Source: Spirochaetota bacterium (GTDB taxonomy: Bacteria > Spirochaetota > UBA4802 > UBA5550). Taken from it: DNA of 64,000 nucleotides. The DNA is taken from positions 1,696,001-1,760,000 of the forward strand of contig CAXXHB010000003.1 in NCBI GenBank assembly GCA_963664815.2, given 5' to 3'. The notes below the pieces were generated by a model that was not told the DNA's origin, made no database searches, and was given only the letters and a program-made list of their open reading frames with translations. Position numbers and translations under genes: made by a program. This document shows, piece by piece, positions 40,348-50,995 of the stretch; positions within the stretch are counted from its first letter, which is position 1, and every line of letters starts with the position of its first letter.

Positions 40348-41136
40348 TTATTTTTCCGGGAAAACTTTTATGAATCTTTCTTTAATATCAGAATATCTAT
40401 TGTCGTGCATTGTGTAAAGTCTGCAGTTGCTTTTTTTTAGCTGAGCAATGAAATCCATATTGTTACTGTGGCTGACAACTGAACCATTGCCGGTATTTGT
40501 TGCAACATTTTCAGGGAGATAAATCTCGTCCCCTGTGAAACAGTAATTTTTTTTATTAAAGTTTAAAAAAACCGCCGATGAACCCTTTGTATGACCACCA
40601 GCTTTTTTTATATTGAATATACCATAAAGCACAGTGCTTTCATCAAATACAGTAACATTCGGATTGTTTTTAAAAAATTCCTTAACAGCGTTCATTTTTG
40701 ATGCATTAAGAGCAGAGAGCTCTTCTTTGTTAATATAGAAACGGGCATTTTTAAAAAAAACGGCATTACCTATATGGTCAAAATGTGAATGTGTAATTAT
40801 TACATCGGTTATCTCTTCCGGCTTGATGCTGTTATCTATTAGAATTGACACTGGATCTTTAAAGTCCTGTATCTGAAAAAGTTTTACCATTCCGGGATCA
40901 TTAAAACCTGTATCGATGAGAATTTTTTTATCACCATAGGTTATGTAATACATCAGCCAGCTGAAGGGAACAGATTCCCCCGATGTGTCACCATAAAACA
41001 CGAAGCGTTTCTGGAATGAAGACCTGCCGTATTTAACTGCGAAGACATTAAGGTCATTACCGCCGCTTTTACACTCCGTAACTGAAGCGGTAATGAAAGA
41101 AATTGCGGATATCAGTACGGCAAGCTTCTTCTTCAT
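40348..41136 (-). CDS. Exported MBL-fold hydrolase, N-acyl-homoserine-lactonase-like family
   Basis: Signal peptide; ILIDTG, ITHSHFDHIG, GGHTKG, FTGD, MHD. Confidence 0.8.
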   Translation of the reverse strand: MKKKLAVLISAISFITASVTECKSGGNDLNVFAVKYGRSSFQKRFVFYGDTSGESVPFSWLMYYITYGDKKILIDTGFNDPGMVKLFQIQDFKDPVSILIDNSIKPEEITDVIITHSHFDHIGNAVFFKNARFYINKEELSALNASKMNAVKEFFKNNPNVTVFDESTVLYGIFNIKKAGGHTKGSSAVFLNFNKKNYCFTGDEIYLPENVATNTGNGSVVSHSNNMDFIAQLKKSNCRLYTMHDNRYSDIKERFIKVFPEK

Positions 41137-41144
41137 TATCCGGA

Positions 41145-43928
41145 CTATGATCTCTTGATTAAAATAAAGAGCAGAATCGCTGTGACATATGTTGCGAAAC
41201 CGATCATAAGTGTATAATTCATGCCATAGGCTACGTTAAGAAATATCGTGAGAGAAGCCCCTACAGTTGAAAGTACACCGTTTACTCCGAACATCAGGGT
41301 TGCATACTCGTTGGATACATCCTGCTTAACCTGTTCCATGGCATGCGGGAAGGGTATCCCCATGAGGAATGCAAGAGGGAAGATAAGTCCTGATGCTATA
41401 AAGAGTTTTGAATGGAAACTGTACTTTGCAAACATCTGAAACACGTCACCGATAAAGAAAGACTGGAAAAGAATCAGCAGCGGAATAACACAGATACATG
41501 CAACAAGCGCCTTTTTGCTGAAGTTCCTGCTGAAGAAACTCCCGAGTCCGCTGAAGAAGAGAAGGCCTCCGAATATTACTATTGTTGAGTAAATGGGGGA
41601 GCCGATAAAATTCTGGTATTTCTGCATAAGTACTATTTCTATCAGCATAAACCCGAAGCCGAGAAGACCGAAGAATACAGTATGTCCCAGAAGTCTGAAT
41701 CTCTGTGATCCGTATTTGAACAACGCAAGCAGGAATACCGGCGCGAGCATTATACCGGCAATTTTAAGAATTATATCAAGAGGGTCGCGCACCTCTTTCT
41801 TGTTCTTATAAATATTGAACGGGTAGGGATTGTTGTCTCTTACTGGTGAAAGGTCGAGTTCGTATGGGAAGTTAACTTTGTTAAGAATTGCTTCAAGTCT
41901 TGTGTTGTCCTCCTCCTTCATGCTTTTTTTCTGGAGGTAATATTTATAATAGGTATTGCTGTATTTGTACAGTCCCTCTATGAATTTTCTGTCTTCAGGA
42001 TTGTCAATTTTAGCAAGGATGTCAGATGCATATTCTTTCTTTGATAACCCGTCGGGATAGTCTTTCAGATAGTATACAGGCGGATTGGCTCTGAAGTATT
42101 CTTCAAACTTATGCCCGGTTTTCATTCTTGGATGGAGGAATATTTCAGATCCGTACCTGGGTGCTATCACATTATGGTAACCGGCAAATGTTGAAAGTTC
42201 TCTGTCTGTGAATGGCGCTTTTTTAATTATAACAGTCTGGAACTGTTTCCATGAACCCCAGAAGTCCCATGAATAGATTATTATATGATCATTGGGATTT
42301 TTTATACCTATCTCCAGCATTGACTGCCTGAGTGTATTAAGGAATTTGTAGAAGGCAAACTTTGACCTTTTGGTTTCAAGAATCTCTTCGTATACAACCA
42401 TACCCTTGTCTGAAAGCTTCTTAAGCATCATCTTCGTTGCTTCAACCGTATGGAGGTATTCCGGCGCCAGTGTAGCTATTGCCGGGTACTCGTAGTGGAG
42501 ATTCATAAGGGTTATCATGTCGTATGTTTCATTGTTGCTTGAGAGAAAATATCTTCCCTCCGCATGGTAGGCGTCAAGATCCTTGTATGGGTAGTGTCCG
42601 AATTCGGAGAAATAACCCTCTTTGTTGTTTTCTGTCATGATATCCATGATAATAGGTGAAAACTCAACTCCACTGACCCGTGCTCCGGGAAGCTGCTTTG
42701 CGGATTTGACTATACCGTCGTATGAAAGACCTATTATAAAAACTTTCGGATTGTCTACATGCGGAACGCGTGGATCCCAGTAAGTTCCGTTCGATTTATC
42801 AACTGTATCAAGCGGAATGGCGTTTGTACAGAAAAAGATATTTTTATCATCAACAGCAAAGAGGTCAATTTTACCCATAAGGTCGTCGCCGGAATATACA
42901 AGTTTCCAGTTATGCAGTCTCATCTGCGTGGACCAGGTTTTTCTCTCATCAATCTGGTTCTTTGAGTCAATTTTTATATTGTAGTTTATATCAATTGTAT
43001 TGGTCAGACCGAGATCGGCAATACCGTATTTTTTAAGAATCGGATACTTTTCCGGATCAACTATGCGGGAATAACCTATATCATTGAGAATATACTTAGC
43101 CCTTTTCTTGTCATAGAGAGTTGTTCCTATGACGTATTTGTCGCCGGATAGAGTGAACTTTGAAAGCATAAAGTCCCTGTCGAACTTGCTTTTAATTGAG
43201 GGGATAATCTTCTGTTCAAATTCACTTTTTGTAAACTCGGCCGGGAGTTTAAGGTTTTCTTTTAGAACAAAGTGTACCCCGAGGATGAGGGGTATGGATA
43301 TTGCTGCCGCAATGATTTTAAGAAAAATGTTTCTGAATCCTATAACAAGTGTCAGGATAAAAACTGCCGGGATAAACATCAGTACTATGAGTGAATTCTC
43401 CGATTTAATTGAACTTACGCTTATAATCGGGAATATTACACCTGCTGCTGATGCTACAAGATTTGTGAAATATATTTTGTTTGAATTCCCTCTTGCAAAA
43501 AGGAGGGAGATTATAATAGATGCAAACAGAAACGGCAGAACAAGAAAATATGGATACTGATATTCCCCGATTCTTATTATGTTGTAATATGAAAGTGGAA
43601 TTGATGCAGTAAAGAGAAGAGCGGAGAGGAGCATAACTGCATATCCTTTGATACGTGACAGGTAAAAGCTGAAAAATCCCCCCGCTGCTATGCCGATCAT
43701 GGCGATTGAGATAACAAATGTAGCTGTTATATAATTTGTAATAATAAGGAGCTGGTGCATAAAAATTGTTTCGAGAGCCATAACCGAGAATGAGAAAAGA
43801 AACATGGCGATGTTATTTACTATGCTGTCTCTGAGGCTGTTATTTTCTGCTGCTGATACAGGTGTCACTTCCGGGCTGGAACCGGTTTCCGCCGCAGGCT
43901 TCGCTTTGTAGCTGAATTTTGTTTTCAT
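41145..43928 (-). CDS. Polytopic membrane protein with spermidine-synthase-like methyltransferase domain
   Basis: About 7 N-terminal TMs; VEFSP.I, EGRYFL...YDMI.L, EYLHTVEA...L...G, PVRDNNPYPF; C-terminal FFGLLGFGFMLIEI...GSP...FLMGIPFP...GVNG TM block. Confidence 0.8.
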   Translation of the reverse strand: MKTKFSYKAKPAAETGSSPEVTPVSAAENNSLRDSIVNNIAMFLFSFSVMALETIFMHQLLIITNYITATFVISIAMIGIAAGGFFSFYLSRIKGYAVMLLSALLFTASIPLSYYNIIRIGEYQYPYFLVLPFLFASIIISLLFARGNSNKIYFTNLVASAAGVIFPIISVSSIKSENSLIVLMFIPAVFILTLVIGFRNIFLKIIAAAISIPLILGVHFVLKENLKLPAEFTKSEFEQKIIPSIKSKFDRDFMLSKFTLSGDKYVIGTTLYDKKRAKYILNDIGYSRIVDPEKYPILKKYGIADLGLTNTIDINYNIKIDSKNQIDERKTWSTQMRLHNWKLVYSGDDLMGKIDLFAVDDKNIFFCTNAIPLDTVDKSNGTYWDPRVPHVDNPKVFIIGLSYDGIVKSAKQLPGARVSGVEFSPIIMDIMTENNKEGYFSEFGHYPYKDLDAYHAEGRYFLSSNNETYDMITLMNLHYEYPAIATLAPEYLHTVEATKMMLKKLSDKGMVVYEEILETKRSKFAFYKFLNTLRQSMLEIGIKNPNDHIIIYSWDFWGSWKQFQTVIIKKAPFTDRELSTFAGYHNVIAPRYGSEIFLHPRMKTGHKFEEYFRANPPVYYLKDYPDGLSKKEYASDILAKIDNPEDRKFIEGLYKYSNTYYKYYLQKKSMKEEDNTRLEAILNKVNFPYELDLSPVRDNNPYPFNIYKNKKEVRDPLDIILKIAGIMLAPVFLLALFKYGSQRFRLLGHTVFFGLLGFGFMLIEIVLMQKYQNFIGSPIYSTIVIFGGLLFFSGLGSFFSRNFSKKALVACICVIPLLILFQSFFIGDVFQMFAKYSFHSKLFIASGLIFPLAFLMGIPFPHAMEQVKQDVSNEYATLMFGVNGVLSTVGASLTIFLNVAYGMNYTLMIGFATYVTAILLFILIKRS

Positions 43929-44417
43929 AAAATAGGATTCTTCCAAGTAGTAAAGTAGTAAAACCGTGCAAAATATAAGTCACTATTCTCGAAGTCAATT
44001 CTATTCACAATAAAAAAACATATTTGATAATTAATTTTCCAGTATAATAAGTTAATAAAAATAGATGTAATACATTAAAATGTGAAGTTTTAATAATTTA
44101 ATATTAAAACCTGCAAGGTAAATTTCATGTATGGACTTCTTTACGAACCGGCCGGTATAAAAAAAGAAATAATTTCAGGAGTGATAAGACATGGAAATGC
44201 AGTAAAATCTGCTGAAAATGTTTTTTTAAACAAAGCTTTTCAATTTTCAATTGACTTTACCCGGGAAAATTCATATATAAAATAGAAACTCAAAAAAGAG
44301 TCAGTTGCTGATGTAAGTGCTCTTGTTGGTTCAATGCGTAATAAGCAGATTATAGTGATTATGGCAGTACAGAATGTACTGATGTAATAATATAGAAAAA
44401 AATGTAAGGAGTAATGC

Positions 44418-45569
44418 ATGAAAAAGTTAATTCTTATGCTTACAGCATTTCTTGTTTTCGCTGTAATGGTAACAGGCTGTAAAAAGAAAGCGCCCGAGCT
44501 TTCTGAAGTATCTGTAATCAAGGTTGGTGTTTTTGAGCCTCTTACAGGCGCTAACGCAAGCGGCGGAGAACTTGAAGTCCGCGGTATGAAGCTTGCAAAT
44601 GAAATGTTCCCTACTGTACTCGGGAAAAAAATTGAACTCGTTATCGTTGATAACAAGAGCGATAAGGTTGAATCAGCCAATGCTGCTGAAAGGCTAGTTA
44701 ACAAAGATCAGGTAGCCGCAATTATCGGAAGCTGGGGAAGTTCACTTTCAATGGCTGCCGGACAGGTTACTAAGGGTAAAGTTCCTGTTGTGGCATGTTC
44801 GGCTACTAATCCCCTCGTAACAAAGGGTAATGGCTGGTATTTCAGGGTTTGTTTCCTCGATCCGTTCCAGGGTAAAGTTATGGCCAACTATGCTGTAAAT
44901 AAAGTAAAAGCCAAAACAGCCTGTGTTATTCAGGAGATATCCAACGACTACTCGGTTGGACTTGCAAAGTTTTTTACCGATTCATTCACTGAACTTACAA
45001 AAAACAACAAAGCTGTACTTGCAAAACCATTCAGTTATAATACAGGAGATAATGATTTTACCGCTCAGCTTACAGCTATTGCTCAGCTGAAACCTGATGT
45101 AATTTTTGCTCCAGGTAACTACACCGAGTCTGCTCTGATTATTAAACAGGCAAGAGACCAGGGAATCAAGATTCCTTTCCTTGGCGGAGATACATGGGAA
45201 ACCGGTCCGTTCCTTGAAGTCGGGAAGAAGGCAGTTGAGGGAGCTACTTTCTCAACATTCTTTACTACAGAAGTGCCTATTACAAAAATGTCTGAAAAAT
45301 TCCTGAAGGCATATAAAGAAAAATACAAAGATGATCCGGCAGCAGTAACAGCGCTTGGTTTTGACGCATATCTCGTGATTAAGGCTGCAATTGAAAAAGC
45401 TAATTCAATTGATCCGGAAAAAATCAAAAATGAAATTGCAAAAACCAAGGATTTTGAAGGTGCAGCAGGTATGATCACTCTTGATGAGAATGGAGATGCT
45501 GTTAAAGATGCGGTTATTAAAGTTGTTAAAGACGGCAAATTTAAATATCTAACAACCGTTAAACCATAA
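44418..45569 (+). CDS. livK: Branched-chain amino acid ABC transporter substrate-binding lipoprotein
   Basis: Lipobox VTGC; IKVGVFEPLTG, FRVCFLDPFQG, DFTAQLT, GGDTW; RBS AAGGAG. Confidence 0.9.
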   Translation: MKKLILMLTAFLVFAVMVTGCKKKAPELSEVSVIKVGVFEPLTGANASGGELEVRGMKLANEMFPTVLGKKIELVIVDNKSDKVESANAAERLVNKDQVAAIIGSWGSSLSMAAGQVTKGKVPVVACSATNPLVTKGNGWYFRVCFLDPFQGKVMANYAVNKVKAKTACVIQEISNDYSVGLAKFFTDSFTELTKNNKAVLAKPFSYNTGDNDFTAQLTAIAQLKPDVIFAPGNYTESALIIKQARDQGIKIPFLGGDTWETGPFLEVGKKAVEGATFSTFFTTEVPITKMSEKFLKAYKEKYKDDPAAVTALGFDAYLVIKAAIEKANSIDPEKIKNEIAKTKDFEGAAGMITLDENGDAVKDAVIKVVKDGKFKYLTTVKP

Positions 45570-45633
45570 AACCTGCGGGTTATTTCAGAGGCTGAAGTCT
45601 CTGCACCCCGTTTAAAACAGCAGATACTGTTGT

Positions 45634-45684
45634 ATATGAATATAAAAAGAGGAAGCCAGCAGCTTCCTCTTTTTATATTCATAT
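45634..45684. terminator. Long hairpin after livK (terminator or mRNA stabiliser)
   Basis: Perfect 23-bp stem ATATGAATATAAAAAGAGGAAGC / GCTTCCTCTTTTTATATTCATAT with loop CAGCA. Confidence 0.8.
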
Positions 45685-45830
45685 TTCATACAATTTTATT
45701 GTTTTAATCGGCAAATTAATATACAAGCCTGAATGGCGGGATGATCAATAATAATATTCTTGACATATATTTAACTGAAAGCGAAATTTTATCAGTTTAA
45801 TTTTTTATATTTGCTCAAATGGAGTTTCTC

Positions 45831-46724
45831 ATGACTTTTGAAATATTTCTTCAGCATCTCTCCAATGCAGTTTCTCTGGGAAGCCTTTATGCTTTAATTG
45901 CAATAGGTTATACAATGGTTTATGGTATTCTGAGACTTATTAATTTTGCGCATGGTGATATATTCATGCTTGGCGGATATTTTGCATTTTATGCATTGAC
46001 GATGTTTTTTATGCCATGGTGGGTGGGATTTATCGTGGCAATAGGTTTAACCGCAATGTTGGGTATGGCTATTGAAAAAATTGCATACAGACCTCTGAGG
46101 GATTCACCTAAAGTGTCTGTTCTGATATCCGCAATAGGAGTATCATTCCTGATAGAAAGTCTCGGAGTTGTTATTTTCGGAGGGATTCAGAAGGCTTTCC
46201 CCATACCTGAACTTTTTGGAAAAGTTATAACAATCGGGAATGTTTATATAGTAAGTGTTAACTTTTTTATACCTGTTATTGCGTTGATCTTTCTTGTGGG
46301 GCTTATGTACCTTATAAACAGAACAAAAACAGGTATGGCAATGAGGGCGCTTTCCCGTGATCATGAAACCGCCAGGCTGATGGCAATTGATGTTGATAAA
46401 ATTATATCATATACATTCGGACTCGGATCACTGCTTGCTGCTGTCGGCGGGATAATGTGGGGAATGAAATATCCTCAACTCTATCCTCTGATGGGTGTTA
46501 TGCCGGGACTTAAATGCTTTATAGCAGCGGTTGTCGGAGGTATTGGTAATATAACCGGAGCTGTATTCGGCGGACTGATAATCGGTATCCTTGAGATTAT
46601 GACAGTCGCCTTCCTTCCCGAGTTAACCGGTTATAGAGACGCATTTGCTTTTATTTTACTGATCGTTATACTCCTTGTTAAACCTACCGGTTTAATGGGG
46701 GAAAACCTCGCTGAGAAGGTTTAA
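45831..46724 (+). CDS. livH: BCAA ABC transporter permease LivH
   Basis: LGSLYALIAIGYTMVYGILRLINFAHGD; AAVVGGIG. Confidence 0.95.
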   Translation: MTFEIFLQHLSNAVSLGSLYALIAIGYTMVYGILRLINFAHGDIFMLGGYFAFYALTMFFMPWWVGFIVAIGLTAMLGMAIEKIAYRPLRDSPKVSVLISAIGVSFLIESLGVVIFGGIQKAFPIPELFGKVITIGNVYIVSVNFFIPVIALIFLVGLMYLINRTKTGMAMRALSRDHETARLMAIDVDKIISYTFGLGSLLAAVGGIMWGMKYPQLYPLMGVMPGLKCFIAAVVGGIGNITGAVFGGLIIGILEIMTVAFLPELTGYRDAFAFILLIVILLVKPTGLMGENLAEKV

Positions 46725-46725
46725 G

Positions 46726-47784
46726 ATGGAAAGAGAAAAACTTATAAAAAAAATTCTTACTGTTACTGTGGCGTCTATAGCGATTGGTCTTCTTATATTA
46801 TTTAATTATAATTTTGATTCCTACATATTACGAATAGTCAATCTTTGTGGAATATATGTCACTCTGGCATTAAGTCTTAACCTTATATATGGATTTACGG
46901 GACTGTTTTCACTTGGACATGCAGGATTTATGGCAATTGGCGCATATACAACGGCGCTTTTAACAATGTCTCCGGCGCAGAAATCAATGAATTTCTTCCT
47001 TGAGCCCATAGTACCATGGCTCGCCAATGTGGAGTGGAGTTTTTTACCCGCGCTTATGATGGGTGGTCTTGTTGCGGCAGCTGCAGGTTTCCTTATAGGA
47101 GCGCCCGCATTAAAGCTTAAGGATGATTATCTTGCAATTGCTACGCTCGGTTTTGCGGAAATTATACGGATAATCTTTACAAACACACAGAGTCTGACAA
47201 ACGGTCCTCTGGGGCTAAAAGGTCTTCCACCATATACAAATATATGGTGGAGCTGGGGTATTGCATTTGTTTCAATTTTATTTATGATCAACTTATTTAA
47301 GGGGAGCTACGGGAGAGCATTTAAGGCAATCCGTGAAGATGAAGTCGCAGCGGAGGCTATGGGGATAAATCTCTTCAGGCATAAAATACTTTCATTCACA
47401 ATCGGGTCTTTCATGGCGGGTGTCGGCGGAGGCCTTCTCGGCAATCTTATGGGAACAATTGATCCTTTGATGTTCAGATTCCTTCTTGCGTATAATATTC
47501 TTCTTATTGTTGTATTGGGAGGTATGGGGAGTATAACAGGTACAGTTATATCAGGTATAGTTATTACAGTACTGATGGAGTATCTGCGTTTTCTCGATGG
47601 CCCAATAGATTTTCTGATTTTCAGGACAGACGGGATTCCCGGACTCCGTATGGTGATTTTTTCCATTATGCTGATGGTTGTTATTTTATTTTTCCAGAGG
47701 GGAATTATGGGGAACAAAGAATTTTCCTGGGATTTTCTTTTTAAACCGGGCAGGTTGAAAAAGAACAGTGTGGAAGGTGAATAA
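46726..47784 (+). CDS. livM: BCAA ABC transporter permease LivM
   Basis: SLNLIYGFTGLFSLGHAGFMAIGAY; DYLAIATLGFAEI; AIREDEVAA. Confidence 0.95.
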   Translation: MEREKLIKKILTVTVASIAIGLLILFNYNFDSYILRIVNLCGIYVTLALSLNLIYGFTGLFSLGHAGFMAIGAYTTALLTMSPAQKSMNFFLEPIVPWLANVEWSFLPALMMGGLVAAAAGFLIGAPALKLKDDYLAIATLGFAEIIRIIFTNTQSLTNGPLGLKGLPPYTNIWWSWGIAFVSILFMINLFKGSYGRAFKAIREDEVAAEAMGINLFRHKILSFTIGSFMAGVGGGLLGNLMGTIDPLMFRFLLAYNILLIVVLGGMGSITGTVISGIVITVLMEYLRFLDGPIDFLIFRTDGIPGLRMVIFSIMLMVVILFFQRGIMGNKEFSWDFLFKPGRLKKNSVEGE

Positions 47785-47786
47785 TC

Positions 47787-48548
47787 ATGTATATTCTGCG
47801 AACTGACAATATAACAATGAAATTCGGCGGACTTGTTGCTGTTTCGAATCTGAATCTTGAAATCAAACAAAACGAAATAGTCGGTCTTATCGGCCCAAAC
47901 GGCGCAGGTAAAACAACAGCTTTTAATATGATAACAAGCCAGTACATCCCTACGGAAGGTTCGATTTACTTCAACAATGAAGATATAACAGATTCAAAAC
48001 CGCATGAAATAACCAGGCTCGGTATAGCGCGCACCTTCCAGAATATAAAATTGTTTAAAGAAATGACTGTTCTTGAAAATGTACTTGTGGGGAATCACCT
48101 GCGTGTAAGATCACCTCTGACGTTGTCTGTGCTCCGCTCACCCATGTACAGGCGTGAAGAGAAACATATGATTGAGAAATCGATGAATCTTCTGAGGGAT
48201 CTGGGATTAGAGAAGAGTATAAATGAAAAGGCTTATTCCCTGCCGTATGGTAAGCAGAGAAGGCTTGAAATTGCGAGAGCACTTGCCACCGATCCGAAAC
48301 TCCTTTTGCTTGATGAACCGGCAGCTGGAATGAATCCACATGAATCTATTGAACTGATGAACTTTATCCATGAAATAAGGGAAAAGTTCGATCTTACAAT
48401 TTTTCTTATTGAACATACTATGCAGGTTGTCATGGGCGTATGTGAAAGAATATATGTGCTTGATTACGGTGTTACAATAGCAGAGGGTAATCCTTATGAA
48501 ATACAGAATAATCCAAAAGTAATCGAAGCATATCTGGGGGTTAACTGA
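47787..48548 (+). CDS. livG: BCAA ABC transporter ATPase LivG
   Basis: FGGLVAV, GPNGAGKT, LPYGKQRRLEIARAL, LDEPAAG, VIEAYLG. Confidence 0.95.
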   Translation: MYILRTDNITMKFGGLVAVSNLNLEIKQNEIVGLIGPNGAGKTTAFNMITSQYIPTEGSIYFNNEDITDSKPHEITRLGIARTFQNIKLFKEMTVLENVLVGNHLRVRSPLTLSVLRSPMYRREEKHMIEKSMNLLRDLGLEKSINEKAYSLPYGKQRRLEIARALATDPKLLLLDEPAAGMNPHESIELMNFIHEIREKFDLTIFLIEHTMQVVMGVCERIYVLDYGVTIAEGNPYEIQNNPKVIEAYLGVN

Positions 48549-49255
48549 TGTTAAAAATAAATGACCTGCATGTTAATTATGGAGGAATTAAGGCTCTCAA
48601 GGGAATTAATATAAATGTACCTGACGGTAAGATTATTACGCTTATCGGAGGGAATGGCGCCGGGAAGAGTACAACACTCCGTACATCGATAGGGCTTGTG
48701 AAGCCGGCAGGCGGAACAATTTTCTATAACGATCAGGATATTACCAGTATTAAGACAAAGGATATTGTAAGTAAAGGCCTTGTGCTTGTTCCTGAAGGGA
48801 GAAAGGTTTTTGCCAATTTAACAATTCATGAAAATCTGGTACTTGGTTCATATTCCAGGAAGGATAAATCTGAAATTGAAAAAGACAGGGAAAAGGTGCT
48901 TTATCTGTTTCCAAGACTTGGAGAAAGAATTAAACAGAAAGCCGGAACACTGTCCGGCGGTGAACAGCAGATGCTCGCAGTGGGAAGAGCTCTGATGACC
49001 AAACCAAAGCTCCTTATGATGGATGAACCGTCACTGGGTCTTGCACCTTTAATTGTAAAAAGTATTTTTGAAATAATTCAGAATATAAATAAACTTGGCG
49101 TCACTATACTCCTCATAGAACAGAACGCGAAAGCGGCGCTCGAGATTGCAGATTACGGATATGTAATGGAAACAGGAAATATTGTAATGGAGGGACCGGG
49201 TAAAGATCTCCTTAATGACGAGAATGTGAAGAAGGCGTATCTCGGAATCGCATAG
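48548..49255 (+). CDS. livF: BCAA ABC transporter ATPase LivF
   Basis: GGNGAGKST, VPEGRKVF, LSGGEQQML, MDEPSLGLAP. Confidence 0.95.
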   Translation: MLKINDLHVNYGGIKALKGININVPDGKIITLIGGNGAGKSTTLRTSIGLVKPAGGTIFYNDQDITSIKTKDIVSKGLVLVPEGRKVFANLTIHENLVLGSYSRKDKSEIEKDREKVLYLFPRLGERIKQKAGTLSGGEQQMLAVGRALMTKPKLLMMDEPSLGLAPLIVKSIFEIIQNINKLGVTILLIEQNAKAALEIADYGYVMETGNIVMEGPGKDLLNDENVKKAYLGIA

Positions 49256-49268
49256 ACAGGGATGTCCT

Positions 49269-50312
49269 ATGGGGAAAAACCAGCCTTCAATACTGATAAT
49301 TTATACCGGTGGTACAATAGGGATGATGCAGGATCCTTCAACAGGATCTTACATCCCTTTTAATTTCCAGAACATTATTGATGAAATACCTGAAATAAGG
49401 CGTTTTGGTTATAATTTATCTTCGGTCGAGTTTGAGAAACCGATAGATTCCTCGGACATCACACCATCAGCATGGATTAAACTCGCAGAAATCATTAAAG
49501 AAAACTATAAGCAGTATGATGGATTTGTTATTCTGCATGGGACAGATACAATGGCATTTACCGCTTCTGCTCTGAGCTTCATGATTGAAAATCTCTCAAA
49601 ACCGGTCATTCTTACGGGATCTCAGCTTCCGATAAATATCCTGCGTACTGACGGAAGGGAAAATCTTATATCATCAATTGAGATTGCAGCTGCAAAAATT
49701 AATGGGAGAGCTTCAGTGCCGGAGGTTTGTATTTATTTTGAATTCAGATTATACAGGGGTAACCGCACAAGAAAAAGGAGCGCTGAGAATTTCAAGGCAT
49801 TTGAGTCTCCAAACTATCCACCGCTTGCTGAAGCCGGGATTCATATGGTTTATAACCATACTGCAATAAAAAGGAAAAAAAATCAATACGGTGAACTGAA
49901 GCTGAATCTGAATATTGTCTCTAATATCGCGATACTTAAAATATTTCCCGGGATTCGCATGGAGACTGTCAGGGCGGTAATTAATATACCTGGTCTTAAA
50001 GCTGTAATTCTTGAAACCTACGGTTCCGGTAATGCCCCCGCAGATAACGGGTTTATTGAGATAATTTCCGGAGGGATTGAAAAGGGACTTGTGATTGTAA
50101 ATGTAACGCAGTGCAGCTCCGGGAGTGTCGAAATGGAGAGGTATAGTACCGGAAACAGTCTTAAAAAAGCAGGAGTTATCAGCGGAGCCGATATTACTAC
50201 AGAAGCTGCAGTAACAAAACTGATGATTATGCTGGGTAAGTATAAGAATATAAATAAAGTAAAGGAATCTTTCATTAAAAATATAGCGGGGGAGAAAACA
50301 TGTCACTCCTGA
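49269..50312 (+). CDS. ansA: Type I (cytoplasmic) L-asparaginase
   Basis: IYTGGTIGM, HGTDTMA, TGSQLP, ETYGSGN; no signal peptide. Confidence 0.93.
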   Translation: MGKNQPSILIIYTGGTIGMMQDPSTGSYIPFNFQNIIDEIPEIRRFGYNLSSVEFEKPIDSSDITPSAWIKLAEIIKENYKQYDGFVILHGTDTMAFTASALSFMIENLSKPVILTGSQLPINILRTDGRENLISSIEIAAAKINGRASVPEVCIYFEFRLYRGNRTRKRSAENFKAFESPNYPPLAEAGIHMVYNHTAIKRKKNQYGELKLNLNIVSNIAILKIFPGIRMETVRAVINIPGLKAVILETYGSGNAPADNGFIEIISGGIEKGLVIVNVTQCSSGSVEMERYSTGNSLKKAGVISGADITTEAAVTKLMIMLGKYKNINKVKESFIKNIAGEKTCHS

Positions 50313-50992
50313 AAATGTTTTATTACATCTTCTGACTGTTCAAATCTGCTGAGAAATTCAAGTGTTTTAATAGTCGGCATAACCAGCTTTATTTTATCTT
50401 TTCTGTAATCAATCAATGATTCTGCGGGAGTCATCCACATGAGATCTACAAGTTCATCACCATCGTGTGATGGTTCCTGGTTCTCCGGCGCTATTGCTGT
50501 GAAAAACCTTGTATCATATCTTATATTGGAAAACGGAGGAGTAATCCATCTGTTCATGTAAAAGCAGTTTCCTGCCGCGGGGCTGAGATTTTCCCTTTTA
50601 AGCATCTCTCCAAATGAAATTTTTTTAGTAAACACATCGCGACGGTAAGCATCAAATTTTTTAATAGATTGTTCTGTGCTGATTGCAGGATAATTACCTT
50701 CGTCATCCACAGCAAGAAGAAAACCTGATTCTTCGAATGTTTCCCTGATGCCGCAGATTAGGAAACTGATATATATATCAAGGCTGCCATCAAAATCCTT
50801 CAGATTGAGAGCAGGTTTTACACCGGTAATCCTGTAATCTAAATCCTGCTGATCAACTGCTCCTCCGGGGAATACAAGATAATCCGGAAGAAATCTGTCG
50901 TTGAGATGTCTCCGCATGAGAAGGACTTCCATTTTATCTGAATTATTTTTAACAATTGATATGGTAGAGGCTTTTCTTGGTGTATTAAACAT
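50303..50992 (-). CDS. NUDIX hydrolase (NUDT19-like)
   Basis: VFPGGAVD...IRETFEESG, RWITP...RYDTRFF, PT. Confidence 0.88.
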   Translation of the reverse strand: MFNTPRKASTISIVKNNSDKMEVLLMRRHLNDRFLPDYLVFPGGAVDQQDLDYRITGVKPALNLKDFDGSLDIYISFLICGIRETFEESGFLLAVDDEGNYPAISTEQSIKKFDAYRRDVFTKKISFGEMLKRENLSPAAGNCFYMNRWITPPFSNIRYDTRFFTAIAPENQEPSHDGDELVDLMWMTPAESLIDYRKDKIKLVMPTIKTLEFLSRFEQSEDVIKHFQE

Positions 50993-50995
50993 CTT

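Noticed and set aside
44240-44704. Long antisense ORFs, e.g. 44240-44704, 45119-45682, 47307-47870 and 58297-58974
   Set aside because: They overlap well-supported genes on the opposite strand and have shadow-like Ser/Ile/Pro-rich composition.
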